Shown piece after piece: positions 48,418-59,509 of a DNA stretch of 64,000 nt. The notes under the pieces are model-generated. The model searched no databases and was not told the DNA's origin. It saw only the letters and a list, made by a program, of their open reading frames with translations. Position 1 is the first letter of the stretch. Each line of letters opens with the position of its first letter. The DNA comes from Bacilli bacterium (GTDB lineage Bacteria > Bacillota_I > Bacilli_A > RF39 > UBA660), in the NCBI GenBank assembly GCA_017528315.1, contig JAFXOW010000003.1, positions 95,222 through 159,221 on the forward strand, written 5' to 3'. The position numbers and the translations under genes were made by a program.

Positions 48418-49288
48418 AAGAAGAGCCTTAGGACGAGGCTTAGAAGAATTATTTAGTGGAGAGGTATTGGATTTTGATAGTTTAGAAGAAAAGATAATTG
48501 AAGAAACGCCTAAAGAAGAAATAATGCAAGTAAAACTTTCAGAATTAAGAAGTAATCCATATCAACCAAGAAAAGTGTTTGATGAAAATGCTTTAAATGA
48601 ACTTGCTAATTCTATAAAGGAACATGGTGTATTTCAACCGATTATAATAAAAAGAAGTATTAAAGGCTATGAAATTGTTGCTGGAGAAAGACGTGCAAAA
48701 GCCAGTAAATTAGCAGGACGTGAGACAATACCAGCAATTGTTCGAGACTTTAATGATCAAGAAATGATGGAGATTGCCCTTCTTGAAAACTTACAAAGAG
48801 AGGATTTAAATCCAATAGAAGAAGCAATGGCTTATCAAAATTTGATGAACTCTCGAGGACTAAATCATGAGCAATTAGCTGAAAGAATAGGTAAAAGTCG
48901 TAGTTATGTAACCAATATGGTTGGACTTATGAATTTGCCTGATTCTGTTAAAGAGTTAGTAATTGCTAAGAAAATATCAGCAACTCATGCTAGAACTTTA
49001 AGTAAAATTAAAGATCCTTTAAAAGTAGAAGAAATGGCTGATAGAATTATAAATGAAGGGCTTACAACAGCAGCAATTGATGAATTAGCTAAAGATAAAA
49101 CAGTTGAAAAACGTAATAAGATGGAAAGAAGAGAAACTGAAGAGAATAGAACTTATAAATATATTCAAGATTTACTATGTGATCGTCTTTCTACTAAAGT
49201 TAGAATTAGAGGAACGAAGATAGAAATTAATTTTCAAGATTTAGAAGATTTTAATCGCATAATAGAAGCTTTAAAATTAGATGAATGA
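48404..49288 (+). CDS. spo0J: Chromosome partitioning protein ParB/Spo0J
   Basis: NPYQPRKVF, GVFQPIII, VAGERR and the HTH LNHEQLAERIGKSRSYVTNMVGL. Confidence 0.95.
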   Translation: METTRRRALGRGLEELFSGEVLDFDSLEEKIIEETPKEEIMQVKLSELRSNPYQPRKVFDENALNELANSIKEHGVFQPIIIKRSIKGYEIVAGERRAKASKLAGRETIPAIVRDFNDQEMMEIALLENLQREDLNPIEEAMAYQNLMNSRGLNHEQLAERIGKSRSYVTNMVGLMNLPDSVKELVIAKKISATHARTLSKIKDPLKVEEMADRIINEGLTTAAIDELAKDKTVEKRNKMERRETEENRTYKYIQDLLCDRLSTKVRIRGTKIEINFQDLEDFNRIIEALKLDE

Positions 49289-49297
49289 GTGTGACTT

Positions 49298-49504
49298 ATG
49301 GAAGAAAAAAAATATGACGTTGGAACTCAAGTTACTATGAAAAAACAACATCCTTGTGGAGGAAATTTATGGGAAATAGTAAGACTTGGGGCTGATATAA
49401 AAATAAAATGTTTAAATTGTGGACATATGGTTATGATTCCTCGAATAGATTTCAATAAGAAATTAAAGAAAATAGTTTCTGTTAAGGAGGAATATCATGA
49501 ATAA
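49298..49504 (+). CDS. DUF951-type small zinc-ribbon protein
   Basis: 68 aa with a C..GG...C..C pattern (HPCGGNLW...KCLNCGH). It follows spo0J directly, as in many Firmicutes. Confidence 0.7.
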   Translation: MEEKKYDVGTQVTMKKQHPCGGNLWEIVRLGADIKIKCLNCGHMVMIPRIDFNKKLKKIVSVKEEYHE

Positions 49505-51086
49505 AAAGAAAAAAATAAGATTGAAAAAACTTAAACTTCATCCTATTACTACCTATTTAATATTAATTGCTTTAACAATTATTGCAAGTGGAATATTATC
49601 AATTCTGAATTTTCAAACAACTTATAGTACAGTTAGTAGTGTTGATTTATCAATATTACAAAATACTGTTAAAGTTGAAAATTTATTTAGTTTTGCAGGA
49701 TTTAAATATATAATTAGTAATGCGACTAAAAACTTTATAAGCTTTGCCCCTTTATCAATGTTTTTGCTTATGGCAATTGCTATGGCACTTATGGATGCAA
49801 GTGGCTCTATGGATTATATAAATAAGAAAATATTTTCTAAAATTGATAATAAAATAATGACATTTATAATTATATTTATTGCAACTATATCAACAATAAT
49901 TAATGATATTGGATATGTTGTATTAATACCACTTGCAGCAACTATTTATGAAAAAAAAGGAAGAAATCCTTTATCAGGTATTATGGCAGCTTTTTGTGGA
50001 GTTGCGTTTGGAGCTGGAACTAGTATTTTTGTTGGTTCATCAGAAGTATCATTAATTCCCTATACTACCAGTGCTGCCCGTATAATTGATGAAACATTCC
50101 ATGTAAGTTTATTATCTAATTTATTTATAATGATAGTCTCAACAATAGTTTTAAGTATTGTTGGAACAGTAATTATTGAAAAAATAGTTGTACCTTATTT
50201 TGGTAAAACAAAGTTATTAAAAGAAGATACAGATGATAATGATATAGAAGTTATAGATGTTGATCTTGAAGAAGAAAGATTAAATCAAGAATATCTAGAG
50301 CGTCGAGGATTTAAATATTCTTTAATTGCTACCATTATTGTAGTAGTAATCTTTATTTATTCAGTTATTCCTAATCTTCCTTTATCAGGTTTACTTTTAG
50401 ATATGACTGAAAAGACTTATTTAAAACAAATATTTGGTGATAATTCATACTTTCAAGATGGATTTACTTTCATGATGTCACTTGTCTTTATTATAAGTGG
50501 ATTATTTTATGGAATAGGTTCTAAGAAATTTAAAAATGATAAAGATGTATTTAATTTAAGTCATGATAGTTTAAAAGATTTTGGTGGAGTAATAATTTTA
50601 ATTTTTTTAGCATCTCAATTTATTGCTATATTTAAAAAGACCAATATTGGTGTTGTTTTAACAGGAATAGTTGCTAATGTTATCGATAGTTTAACTTTTT
50701 CTGGTGTACCTTTATTAATTATTTCTATAATTTTAATTGCTTTTGCTACTCTATTCTTAACAACAGCTGGAGGAAAATGGGAAATACTAGCTCCAGTTAT
50801 TGTACCACCTTTAATGCAATCTAATATTTCTCCTCAGTTTTTACAATTTGTTTTAAGAGCAGCTGATTCAATGACTAAAGGAATAACTCCTTTATCAGCA
50901 TTCTTTGTTATATTTCTTGCGTATATGAATATGTATAATAAAGAAGAAGAACCTATTGGAATATTTAAAGCAATTAAACTAGTAATGCCTTATTTTATAA
51001 TAATTTCAATTACATGGTTGCTACTTTTGATTGGTTGGTATATAATAGGTTTACCAATTGGTCCAGGGGTATATCCAACTGTGTAG
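49497..51086 (+). CDS. AbgT-family (aminobenzoyl-glutamate-type) transporter
   Basis: 529-aa polytopic membrane protein. The N-terminal KLKLHPITTYLILIAL and the overall architecture resemble AbgT/MtrF. Confidence 0.55.
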   Translation: MNKKKKIRLKKLKLHPITTYLILIALTIIASGILSILNFQTTYSTVSSVDLSILQNTVKVENLFSFAGFKYIISNATKNFISFAPLSMFLLMAIAMALMDASGSMDYINKKIFSKIDNKIMTFIIIFIATISTIINDIGYVVLIPLAATIYEKKGRNPLSGIMAAFCGVAFGAGTSIFVGSSEVSLIPYTTSAARIIDETFHVSLLSNLFIMIVSTIVLSIVGTVIIEKIVVPYFGKTKLLKEDTDDNDIEVIDVDLEEERLNQEYLERRGFKYSLIATIIVVVIFIYSVIPNLPLSGLLLDMTEKTYLKQIFGDNSYFQDGFTFMMSLVFIISGLFYGIGSKKFKNDKDVFNLSHDSLKDFGGVIILIFLASQFIAIFKKTNIGVVLTGIVANVIDSLTFSGVPLLIISIILIAFATLFLTTAGGKWEILAPVIVPPLMQSNISPQFLQFVLRAADSMTKGITPLSAFFVIFLAYMNMYNKEEEPIGIFKAIKLVMPYFIIISITWLLLLIGWYIIGLPIGPGVYPTV

Positions 51087-51110
51087 CCAATTGTAAGAAG
51101 GAGTGATAAA

Positions 51111-52208
51111 ATGCTAAAGGCAGGAATAGTTGGACTACCTAATGTTGGGAAGTCAACTTTGTTTAATGCTATAACGAAACAAGATATATTAGCTGCCAAT
51201 TATCCATTTGCAACGATTGATCCCAATGTCGGTGTTGTAAATGTTCCAGATATGCGTATGAATGTTTTAAACGATATGTATATGCCTGAAAGATTAATAC
51301 TTGCTAGCTTTGAATTTACTGATATAGCTGGGCTTGTTAAAGGAGCTTCAACTGGGGAAGGATTAGGCAATAAATTTTTATCCCATATAAGAGAAGTAGA
51401 TGCGATTGTTGAAGTAGTAAGATGCTTTGATGATTCTAATATAATTCATGTAGAAGGACTTCCTGATCCGATAAGAGATGTTGAAATAATTAATTTAGAA
51501 CTTACAATAAGTGATTTAGAAATAGTTAATAATCGACTTGGAAAAATTGAAAAGAAAGCTATGACAACTAAAGATGCTGATTCATTAATTGAAGTAGATG
51601 CTTTAAGAAAAGCTAAAAATGCTTTAGAACAAGCGATTCCTTTAAGAGATATTCATTTTACTGAAGAAGAATTAGAAAAAATAAAATCATTTCAATTTTT
51701 AACAATAAAACCAATTTTATATCTTGCAAATGTAAGTGAGTCAGATTTAGCAATTGATGATAATAAATATGTGTTAGCTTTAAAAGATTATTTAAAAGAT
51801 AATAATACAAGAATTATTAAAACCTGTTGTAAAGTTGAATCAGAACTTGCAGAACTTTCAATTGAAGATAAAAATGAAATGCTAGAAATGCTTGGAATTA
51901 AGTCATCAGGTTTAGATGATTTAATCAATGCTACTTATAGTCTTTTAGGTTTAAAAACTTATTTTACGGTTGGAAGTGATGAAGTAAGAGCTTGGACTTT
52001 TAAAGATGGAATGAATGCACGGGATTGTGCTGGTATTATTCATACTGATTTTAAAGAAGGATTTATTAAAGCAGAAGTAATGAGCTATGATGATTTAATA
52101 AAATTTGGTGATGAATTAAAAGTCAAAGAAGCTGGACGTCTTAGAATTGAAGGACGTGATTATTTAATGAAAGACGGAGACATTTGCCATTTCCGTTTTA
52201 ATAGATAA
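51111..52208 (+). CDS. ychF: Ribosome-binding ATPase YchF
   Basis: GIVGLPNVGKSTLFNA, DIAGLVKGAS and the C-terminal TGS-like FIKAEV. Confidence 0.95.
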   Translation: MLKAGIVGLPNVGKSTLFNAITKQDILAANYPFATIDPNVGVVNVPDMRMNVLNDMYMPERLILASFEFTDIAGLVKGASTGEGLGNKFLSHIREVDAIVEVVRCFDDSNIIHVEGLPDPIRDVEIINLELTISDLEIVNNRLGKIEKKAMTTKDADSLIEVDALRKAKNALEQAIPLRDIHFTEEELEKIKSFQFLTIKPILYLANVSESDLAIDDNKYVLALKDYLKDNNTRIIKTCCKVESELAELSIEDKNEMLEMLGIKSSGLDDLINATYSLLGLKTYFTVGSDEVRAWTFKDGMNARDCAGIIHTDFKEGFIKAEVMSYDDLIKFGDELKVKEAGRLRIEGRDYLMKDGDICHFRFNR

Positions 52209-52220
52209 GGAGTGAAATTT

Positions 52221-52934
52221 ATGGTGAATTTTAATTTAGAGGGTTTGGACAGATTAGGAGATTTTGGTGAAGGGACAGTAGGAAGTTTCTTGGCAACTGC
52301 TGGAGTTTTAGCTGTATTTTTTGCAATTCTAGTAGGAGTTGCTATAATACTTTTATGGGTATTTGGAAGTATTGGTCTAATGAATTTAGCCAAGAAAAAA
52401 AATCTTCCTCATCCATGGCTTGCTTTTGTTCCGATTGGAAGAAGCTACTTAATTGGAAAGCTAGGTTTTGAAATTTATGATGCATCAAATAAAAATGCAA
52501 CAACATTTATGTGGATTACACTTGCTTTAGGAGCAGCTTCATTTCTTTTAAATAACTCAAGTGGAGATTTAGGAACTTTAGTTAAATATGGATTACTTTT
52601 CTTTGAAACTTGGGCATTCTATAATATGTTTAAAAATTTAAAACCAAAGAATGCTGTTGTTTATACTGTATTTACAGCTTTAAGTGGTTCTTTATTAGGA
52701 GGATTATTCCTATATTTAATGAAAGATGAAGAAGTAGAGGAAAGAGTAGCAGAAGCTGAGGTAGTTGAAGAGAAAAAAGAAATTACCGAAGAAAAGAAAG
52801 AAGAAGTAAAAACCGAAACTAAGAAAACTGAATCTAAAAAAGAAAATAACAAAGTAAGCTTTTGTCCTGAATGTGGAGCTAAACTATCTAAAGATGCTAA
52901 ATTCTGCCCAGAATGTGGTAAAAAAATAAATTAA
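52221..52934 (+). CDS. Membrane protein with an acidic linker and a C-terminal double zinc-ribbon (ATG 52221 follows AAGGAG)
   Basis: Four predicted TM segments, then FCPECGAKLSKDAKFCPECGKKI. Confidence 0.6.
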   Translation: MVNFNLEGLDRLGDFGEGTVGSFLATAGVLAVFFAILVGVAIILLWVFGSIGLMNLAKKKNLPHPWLAFVPIGRSYLIGKLGFEIYDASNKNATTFMWITLALGAASFLLNNSSGDLGTLVKYGLLFFETWAFYNMFKNLKPKNAVVYTVFTALSGSLLGGLFLYLMKDEEVEERVAEAEVVEEKKEITEEKKEEVKTETKKTESKKENNKVSFCPECGAKLSKDAKFCPECGKKIN

Positions 52935-52956
52935 TTAAAAATATAATTTATTATAT

Positions 52957-52996
52957 AAAAAAGATAATCAGACATTAATTAATTTGATTATCTTTT
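52957..52996. terminator. Bidirectional terminator between convergent genes
   Basis: AAAAGATAATCA-N14-TGATTATCTTTT, with T-runs on both strands. Confidence 0.6.
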
Positions 52997-53913
52997 TCTA
53001 ATGCTTTTCCTTGGTAAGTATCGCGTTTTTTAAGTTCTTTATCAATATCATTTAAAACAACAAATTTCTTTATTAACCATTTGGGTTCTATTAAATCTTC
53101 AACTTTAGGATCACCAGTAATTCTATGAATAATAATGGATGGTCTTAATAATTCAAGTTGTGATACAACAATATCAATATATTCATTCTTAGTAAGTACA
53201 TGAAAAGGTTCTTCTTCATACATTTTGGCTAGTTTAGTATTTTTTATAATATGTAACATATGAATCTTTATACCTTGTATATCTAGATTATTCAAATACT
53301 TCATAGTTTCAAGCATCATTTCTTTTGTTTCATAAGGAAGACCATTTATAATATGAACAACTACGTTTATATTTCTTTTTCTAAGTTTTAAAACCATTTC
53401 TTCAAATTCTTTTAAAGAATGAGATCTATTAATTAATTTACTGGTTTTATCATGAATAGTTTGTAATCCAAGTTCAATTGTTAAATAGGTTCTTTTATTT
53501 AAATCACTTAGGTAATCTAAACATTCATCACTTATTGAATCAGGCCTTGTTGCTATATTTAAGCCTAAAACATTTGAAAGACTTATAATTGGTTCAAATA
53601 ATGATTTTAATTTATCAACACTCGCATAGGTATTAGTTCCAGCTTGAAAGTATCCAATAAACTTGGCATTAGGCCATTTATTAAGCATTACTTTTTTTAT
53701 AGAATTGAATTGTTCTATAATATCTTGATTAATATTACCAGCATAGTCTCCACTTTTTAGACTAGAACAATAAATGCATCCCCCTACTCCTTTGGTTCCA
53801 TCACGATTTGGACAAGTAAAATTAGCATTTAAACTTACTTTAGCTATCTTACATCCAAATTTTTCTTTATAAAAACTATCTAAAGTATAATATCTTTTAT
53901 TATTTAAATACAT
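52975..53913 (-). CDS. TIGR01212-type radical SAM protein
   Basis: N-terminal FTCPNRDGTKGVGGCIYCS cluster and a TIM-barrel-length body. It is the only minus-strand gene to the right of oriC. Confidence 0.8.
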   Translation of the reverse strand: MYLNNKRYYTLDSFYKEKFGCKIAKVSLNANFTCPNRDGTKGVGGCIYCSSLKSGDYAGNINQDIIEQFNSIKKVMLNKWPNAKFIGYFQAGTNTYASVDKLKSLFEPIISLSNVLGLNIATRPDSISDECLDYLSDLNKRTYLTIELGLQTIHDKTSKLINRSHSLKEFEEMVLKLRKRNINVVVHIINGLPYETKEMMLETMKYLNNLDIQGIKIHMLHIIKNTKLAKMYEEEPFHVLTKNEYIDIVVSQLELLRPSIIIHRITGDPKVEDLIEPKWLIKKFVVLNDIDKELKKRDTYQGKALEKDNQIN

Positions 53914-54069
53914 ATAAGTTCCTCCTAAGACAAAATATATTATATATTATAATAAATTAGAAAACAATTAATTTTATATATCTAAAAAAGATATAATACA
54001 ATCATTTTAAATCTTTGATTTACAAACCGTATAATACGTGATATACTTTTAATAGTATAGAGGATAGAT

Positions 54070-55188
54070 ATGAGAAATAAAAAAGCAAAATTAAAAAAAA
54101 GAAGTATACTAATACTTGTAATAATCTTAATAGTAATAACAATAGTAATAGTAAATCCAATTAAACTTTATAATAAATATCAACTTAAAAACTTAGGTTT
54201 TTCTGATATAAGTGTTGAAACAATTTTAAACAATGGATTAAAAAAGCAAGTATTAGAATTAAATTATAATAAAACGTTAGATAAAGTTTTAGAAAGTCCT
54301 GATTTTAATATTAAAAATTTTGATATTTATAAAGAATTAGAATATATAGAATTTGATAATTATACTAAAAATATTAATAGTTTAATTGATAAAGGTTATA
54401 CAAAAGAAGAAATAAATTATATACTTAAAAGTGCTAATAATGATAGTTTAAAAGAGTTTTTAGAAAAAGATTATGTTAAAAATATCTCTAAATTCTTACA
54501 ATATGACTTTGCTATTCTTTCTAATTTAGATAGATATACAGCTTATCAAAATGAAAATAATATAGATTCTGAGTTAGTAGTAATATATGTAAATATTGGT
54601 TTAGATAAGAAGTTTTATGAAGATGTTACTACAACTAATGTATTTAGTTATGATATGTTAGTTAATAAATATCATGGTGTATCAGAAGAATTTGAACCTA
54701 AAGATATAGTTGATGTACCTGAAGAATATGGAAAAAATCAAAAATTAAATGAAGAAACTTTAAAAAATTTCATTAAAATGTCTGATGATTGTAAGGTAGC
54801 AACTAATTATAAATTAATGGTTCGTTCTGGTTATAGAGATTTAAAAGAACAGGAAAAAACTTATAATACTTATTTAAAAACATATGGTAAAGTTTATGCA
54901 GAAAATTACGTTACTCATCCGAGATTTTCAGAACATCATACAGGACTAGCCATTGATGTGAAAGCTGAATCAACAGATGTATTTGCTAATTCGAAAGAAA
55001 GTAAATGGACTTATGAAAATGCCTATAAATATGGATTTATCTTAAGATATAAAAAAGAAGATGAAAATATTACAGGAATAAAATATGAATCATGGCATTT
55101 TAGATATGTGGGAGTTGATATTGCAACCTATCTTCATGATCATGAAATGACTTATGAAGAATATTATGTAAGATTTTTAAATAAATAA
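54070..55188 (+). CDS. M15B D-alanyl-D-alanine carboxypeptidase (VanY-like), membrane anchored
   Basis: SGYRDLKEQ, SEHHTGLAIDV and ESWHFRYVG zinc-ligand motifs. Confidence 0.85.
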   Translation: MRNKKAKLKKRSILILVIILIVITIVIVNPIKLYNKYQLKNLGFSDISVETILNNGLKKQVLELNYNKTLDKVLESPDFNIKNFDIYKELEYIEFDNYTKNINSLIDKGYTKEEINYILKSANNDSLKEFLEKDYVKNISKFLQYDFAILSNLDRYTAYQNENNIDSELVVIYVNIGLDKKFYEDVTTTNVFSYDMLVNKYHGVSEEFEPKDIVDVPEEYGKNQKLNEETLKNFIKMSDDCKVATNYKLMVRSGYRDLKEQEKTYNTYLKTYGKVYAENYVTHPRFSEHHTGLAIDVKAESTDVFANSKESKWTYENAYKYGFILRYKKEDENITGIKYESWHFRYVGVDIATYLHDHEMTYEEYYVRFLNK

Positions 55189-55200
55189 AAAGGAGGTTAT

Positions 55201-57588
55201 ATGTACGATTTAGGATCAAGTTTTAAAATAAATCAAAATGATTTGAAAGTTGATAAAAAAAACGTTATAATGGGCGAAAAATACCGAATTCAAGTTTTAA
55301 CAGAGAGGTTAATACGTTTTGAATATTCAGAAAACGGGCGATTTGTAGATGCTGCAAGTGCTAGAGTTATTAGAAGAAAGTTCCCTTTACCTCAATTTTT
55401 ATTTAAAGAAGATGCAGCCTTTGTATATCTAGAAACTAAATATGTTAATATAAAATATCAAAAAAACAGTAAATTTTCTGAACGTACTTTATCAGGAGTA
55501 ATTAATTATAGTAAAAAAGATTGGTTTTATAATCAAAAAGAAGTTAAGAATTATGGTGGAACTACCGTATCACTTGATAATACTTTAAAAATGCCTAACT
55601 TAAATAAAGGATTATTTAATCCAGATTTCTACTTTGTATTTGATGATTCCGATTCTTTAGTTATGGATGAATGTTCTAATGTTTATAAACGAGAAGACGG
55701 ATCTAAAGATTTTTATTTATTTGCTTATAGTAATGATTTTAACGAAGTATTACAAGATTACTTTAACTTAACAGGCTATCCAGATTTTGTTCCAAGATAC
55801 TCACTAGGAAACTGGTGGAGTCGTGATATTCCTTATAGTGATGAACATATAGTACCTCTTATTAATAAGTTTAGAATGAATAATATTCCAATTTCTATAT
55901 TTTTATTCGATAAAGATTGGAGTTATAAAGATGAAAAAATTTCTAAAACATCAGGCTTTACTTTTAATCCTAATTTAATTAAAAATCCAGAAAATACAAT
56001 TGATTTACTTCATCAAATAAATGTTCGAGTTGGAGTTAAAATTAATCCTAAAGATGGAATATTTCCCTATGAAAAGAACTTTGAAATAGCTAGTAGATAT
56101 ATTAATTTAAATGATAAAGGATTTATAACTTTTAATCCATATGATGCGAGGTTTATTGATTTATATTTAAAAATGTTTATTCATCCCTTAGAAAAACTTG
56201 GTATAGATTTATTTTGGAATGATTATGATAATTTAAATGACTTAAATAGTTTGTTTTTACTTAATGATTATATGAAAAAGAATTTAGAACGCAATGGATT
56301 AAGGAGTTTAACACTTGCTCGTAATGCTAACTTTGCTCCTCATAGATATGGTGTTTTGTATTCTGGTCATAATATAGTATCATTTGATGTTTTAAAGATG
56401 CTTCCTTTGTTTAACATAAAAGCATCTAATATAGGAGTTGCTTATTGGAGTCATGATATTGGAGGTTCAATTGATGGTATAGAAGATGGTGAACTATATA
56501 TAAGAAGTGTAGAATTTGGAGTATTTTCCCCATTTTTAAGATTTAATACAGAATCAGGTAATTACTTTAAAAGGGAACCATGGAGATGGGATATTGTTAC
56601 TAATAATATTGTAAGTTATTATTTAAGACTAAGAAATCAAATAATACCTTATCTTTATACTGAAGTTTATCATTATCATCACAATGGAATATCAACTATT
56701 CGTCCTCTTTACTTAGATGTTCCGTTTGTCTATGATGATCCAATGTATATAAATGAGTATTATTTTGGCTCTTCTATGTTAATATCTCCAATTATTAAAA
56801 GATCAGATCCATTAATTAATAGAACTATTCAAAGATTTTATATACCAGAAGGTACATGGTATGATTTTAAAAGTGGTAAAAAATTTATTGGTAATAAAAA
56901 ATATGTTTCTTTCTATAGAATAGAAGATTATCCTGTTTTTGTTAAAGCTGGAGGGATAATTCCAACCTCAGGTATTAACGATGTAATGACTACTAATGCA
57001 CCAAAAGAATTAGAAATTCATGTTTTTCCTGGTAAAAGTAATTCTTATAATTTATATGAAGATGATGGTATTACTAAAAATTATTTAAATGGAAAATATG
57101 CTGTAACCAATATAGATTATAATTATTTAAGTAATAATTATACTTTAATTATTAGATGTGTTGAAGGCCAACCGGATTTATTATTTAAAAAACGTAATTA
57201 TAAAATTAGATTTAGAAACACAAAACTTGCAAGTAATGTAAAAGTTTATTCCAATGATTTAGAAATTCCTTATACTAGTTATTTAATGGATAATGATTTT
57301 GTTATTGAAGTAAAAGATGTTGATACATCTAGTCAACTTACTATAAATTGTAGTGGTAGTGATATAGAAATAGATGCTTTAATGTTAATAAATGATGATA
57401 TTGATAGTATTTTATCAGATTTAAAAGTACCAACTAAATTAAAAGATATTATAGCAAATATTCTCTTTAATGATAAATTATCACCATCTAAAAAACGTAT
57501 TGAAATAAGAAAATTAAAGAAAAAGGGATTGGATAGTCGTAGTATAAAAATATTCTTAAAATTAATTGAGTACATGAGTGAGGTTTAG
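55201..57588 (+). CDS. Glycoside hydrolase family 31-like protein
   Basis: DLFWNDYDN (nucleophile region) and YWSHDIGG (acid/base region), with length and beta-sandwich ends typical of GH31. Confidence 0.6.
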   Translation: MYDLGSSFKINQNDLKVDKKNVIMGEKYRIQVLTERLIRFEYSENGRFVDAASARVIRRKFPLPQFLFKEDAAFVYLETKYVNIKYQKNSKFSERTLSGVINYSKKDWFYNQKEVKNYGGTTVSLDNTLKMPNLNKGLFNPDFYFVFDDSDSLVMDECSNVYKREDGSKDFYLFAYSNDFNEVLQDYFNLTGYPDFVPRYSLGNWWSRDIPYSDEHIVPLINKFRMNNIPISIFLFDKDWSYKDEKISKTSGFTFNPNLIKNPENTIDLLHQINVRVGVKINPKDGIFPYEKNFEIASRYINLNDKGFITFNPYDARFIDLYLKMFIHPLEKLGIDLFWNDYDNLNDLNSLFLLNDYMKKNLERNGLRSLTLARNANFAPHRYGVLYSGHNIVSFDVLKMLPLFNIKASNIGVAYWSHDIGGSIDGIEDGELYIRSVEFGVFSPFLRFNTESGNYFKREPWRWDIVTNNIVSYYLRLRNQIIPYLYTEVYHYHHNGISTIRPLYLDVPFVYDDPMYINEYYFGSSMLISPIIKRSDPLINRTIQRFYIPEGTWYDFKSGKKFIGNKKYVSFYRIEDYPVFVKAGGIIPTSGINDVMTTNAPKELEIHVFPGKSNSYNLYEDDGITKNYLNGKYAVTNIDYNYLSNNYTLIIRCVEGQPDLLFKKRNYKIRFRNTKLASNVKVYSNDLEIPYTSYLMDNDFVIEVKDVDTSSQLTINCSGSDIEIDALMLINDDIDSILSDLKVPTKLKDIIANILFNDKLSPSKKRIEIRKLKKKGLDSRSIKIFLKLIEYMSEV

Positions 57589-58653
57589 ATGAAAGATAAA
57601 AATATAAAAACAATGATTTATTTAATATTTGGTTTGGCATTTTTAAGCATTTGTAGTTATTTTATCTATGAATTAACCTATGTTGAACCTATAAAATACG
57701 ATACAACTATTTTAATTTATAAAAATGATAATGAATATAAAGCTTATCTTGAAAATGATCAAAATAAAAAATTAGTAGGTTATAATTTATATAAAACTAT
57801 AGGTCTAAATTTATATGGTGAGGAAATATCAGAACTTGCCTTGAATACAGCTGATAATAAATTAAATGGTATTATTATTCATTACAAGTCTGATTATTAT
57901 TCATATTATAATTTAGAAAATGATAAGAATTTATTTAAAGAATTAAGATTAAGATTTGCTAATTGGAATAGTAAATATATAGCAACAACCAATGGATTTA
58001 AAGGACAATTCGGTATTAATTATGATAGTATTTATGATACTACAAATGAAAAAAAGATTTTAGAGAATTTAAATAAATTAGGTCAAAGTACTTTATATTT
58101 CTTAAAGAGTAATGATAAAAATTATTTCTATATTGATTCCCATACCTGTGAACAACCAAATACATTATGTAATAAAATAAATATTTACAATGATGAAGGT
58201 AATTTAATCTACTCTACTACTAATCAAAATGGTTATATAGTTGATTTTAAAGTAATTCCTGAAAACTTTAATACTACATATGAAGTAAATGGTTATTATG
58301 AAGTTTTAGATAATATTATTAAAAAATATGATTTTAATCATCAAGAAATTAAATCAGATTTATATGATAAAATATTATTTGTTGGATTGTTTAACTACGT
58401 AGATTATAATTTAGTTTATAAAAATTTAGATAATTCTATTTATGTTATATCAGATGATGAAAAAGTAATGAAAAAAATAGATTTAAAAGAAAGTGATGAT
58501 TATTGTATTGTCAAAAGTAATGAAAGCCTACATATATATGAAACAAGTTGTAATATGGTAAATGATGCTTCAAGATACTTTAATATGAATACTAAGAATA
58601 AAGAAGTTACAGAAGTAATTTTAAGAAGTGAATTGGAAGAAATTTCACAATAA
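57589..58653 (+). CDS. Hypothetical N-terminally anchored protein, translationally abutting the GH31 gene
   Basis: The ATG follows the GH31 TAG stop directly. A single TM segment is followed by a Tyr/Asn-rich domain with 4 Cys. Confidence 0.5.
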   Translation: MKDKNIKTMIYLIFGLAFLSICSYFIYELTYVEPIKYDTTILIYKNDNEYKAYLENDQNKKLVGYNLYKTIGLNLYGEEISELALNTADNKLNGIIIHYKSDYYSYYNLENDKNLFKELRLRFANWNSKYIATTNGFKGQFGINYDSIYDTTNEKKILENLNKLGQSTLYFLKSNDKNYFYIDSHTCEQPNTLCNKINIYNDEGNLIYSTTNQNGYIVDFKVIPENFNTTYEVNGYYEVLDNIIKKYDFNHQEIKSDLYDKILFVGLFNYVDYNLVYKNLDNSIYVISDDEKVMKKIDLKESDDYCIVKSNESLHIYETSCNMVNDASRYFNMNTKNKEVTEVILRSELEEISQ

Positions 58654-58728
58654 AAGTAAAAATATTAATTTGACAAATATTTAAAAATCAACTAAAATAC
58701 TACCTCAGAGAGATATGGGGTAGTTTTT

Positions 58729-59493
58729 ATGTTAAATAAAGATTTAGATAATATAAGAGATGATTTATCTAAAATAAAACATCCAAGAATTAGTAAAATT
58801 TTACAGTCAGATAAGATAGATTTAGTAATAACAAAAGTTCAAAATTTATATCATAAAATAGCTAATAAATTAGTAATTAAATATAACTTAGAAGATGAAA
58901 TAAAACAAGGGAAAATATTTACCATATTAATTGCCTTACTAGTTTTTATTTTATTAATTGTTTTAACTGTTTTCTTTACACTTACCTTGAATTCAATTAT
59001 TGGTATTGGTTTAATATTTTCAGTTTTTAGACAAATAGTCTTTTGTCTAAAATGGGGATATACTATTATAAATAATAAAGGAAAAACAATTAAGAAATAT
59101 TTATCTAATTTATTTCCTAATAGTAAAATATTAAAAGAAGAGAAAGTTAGAAAAAAGATACCTATATACGAAGAAAGTATTCTTTATCAAATAGAAGATT
59201 TAATTGATTTATTAAATAAAGAAAATATTGATTTAGAAGTTCAAAAGGAAATTGCTGTTAAATTAAAAAGTGTTGTAAATATGTTAAATTTAAATGAATT
59301 AGATTTTAAAGATGAAATTTATAAATTAGAACATAAAAAAGAAATGGCTTCTATATTAGCTGATGCTTATAAATTATATCAAGATAATTATTTAAAAAAT
59401 CAAAGACAAGAAGAATTTTTAATATTAAAAAATGATGTATTAGAACAAATAGATGAAGTAGAAAATAAAATTTACGTCAAAAAAAAGATATAA
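58729..59493 (+). CDS. Hypothetical two-TM protein with coiled-coil ends
   Basis: Promoter TTGACA-17-TAAAAT. The central hydrophobic hairpin spans residues 64-105. Confidence 0.5.
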   Translation: MLNKDLDNIRDDLSKIKHPRISKILQSDKIDLVITKVQNLYHKIANKLVIKYNLEDEIKQGKIFTILIALLVFILLIVLTVFFTLTLNSIIGIGLIFSVFRQIVFCLKWGYTIINNKGKTIKKYLSNLFPNSKILKEEKVRKKIPIYEESILYQIEDLIDLLNKENIDLEVQKEIAVKLKSVVNMLNLNELDFKDEIYKLEHKKEMASILADAYKLYQDNYLKNQRQEEFLILKNDVLEQIDEVENKIYVKKKI

Positions 59494-59509
59494 TTGGAGG
59501 TAATAACTA

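Noticed and set aside
58690-58728. A hairpin ACTACC...GGTAGT plus T-run immediately after the TTGACA-17-TAAAAT promoter and ending at the start codon of 58729-59493. It could sequester the GGGG SD.
   Set aside because: The stem is only 6 bp and I recognise no riboswitch-like conservation. It is more simply a 5' stabilising hairpin.
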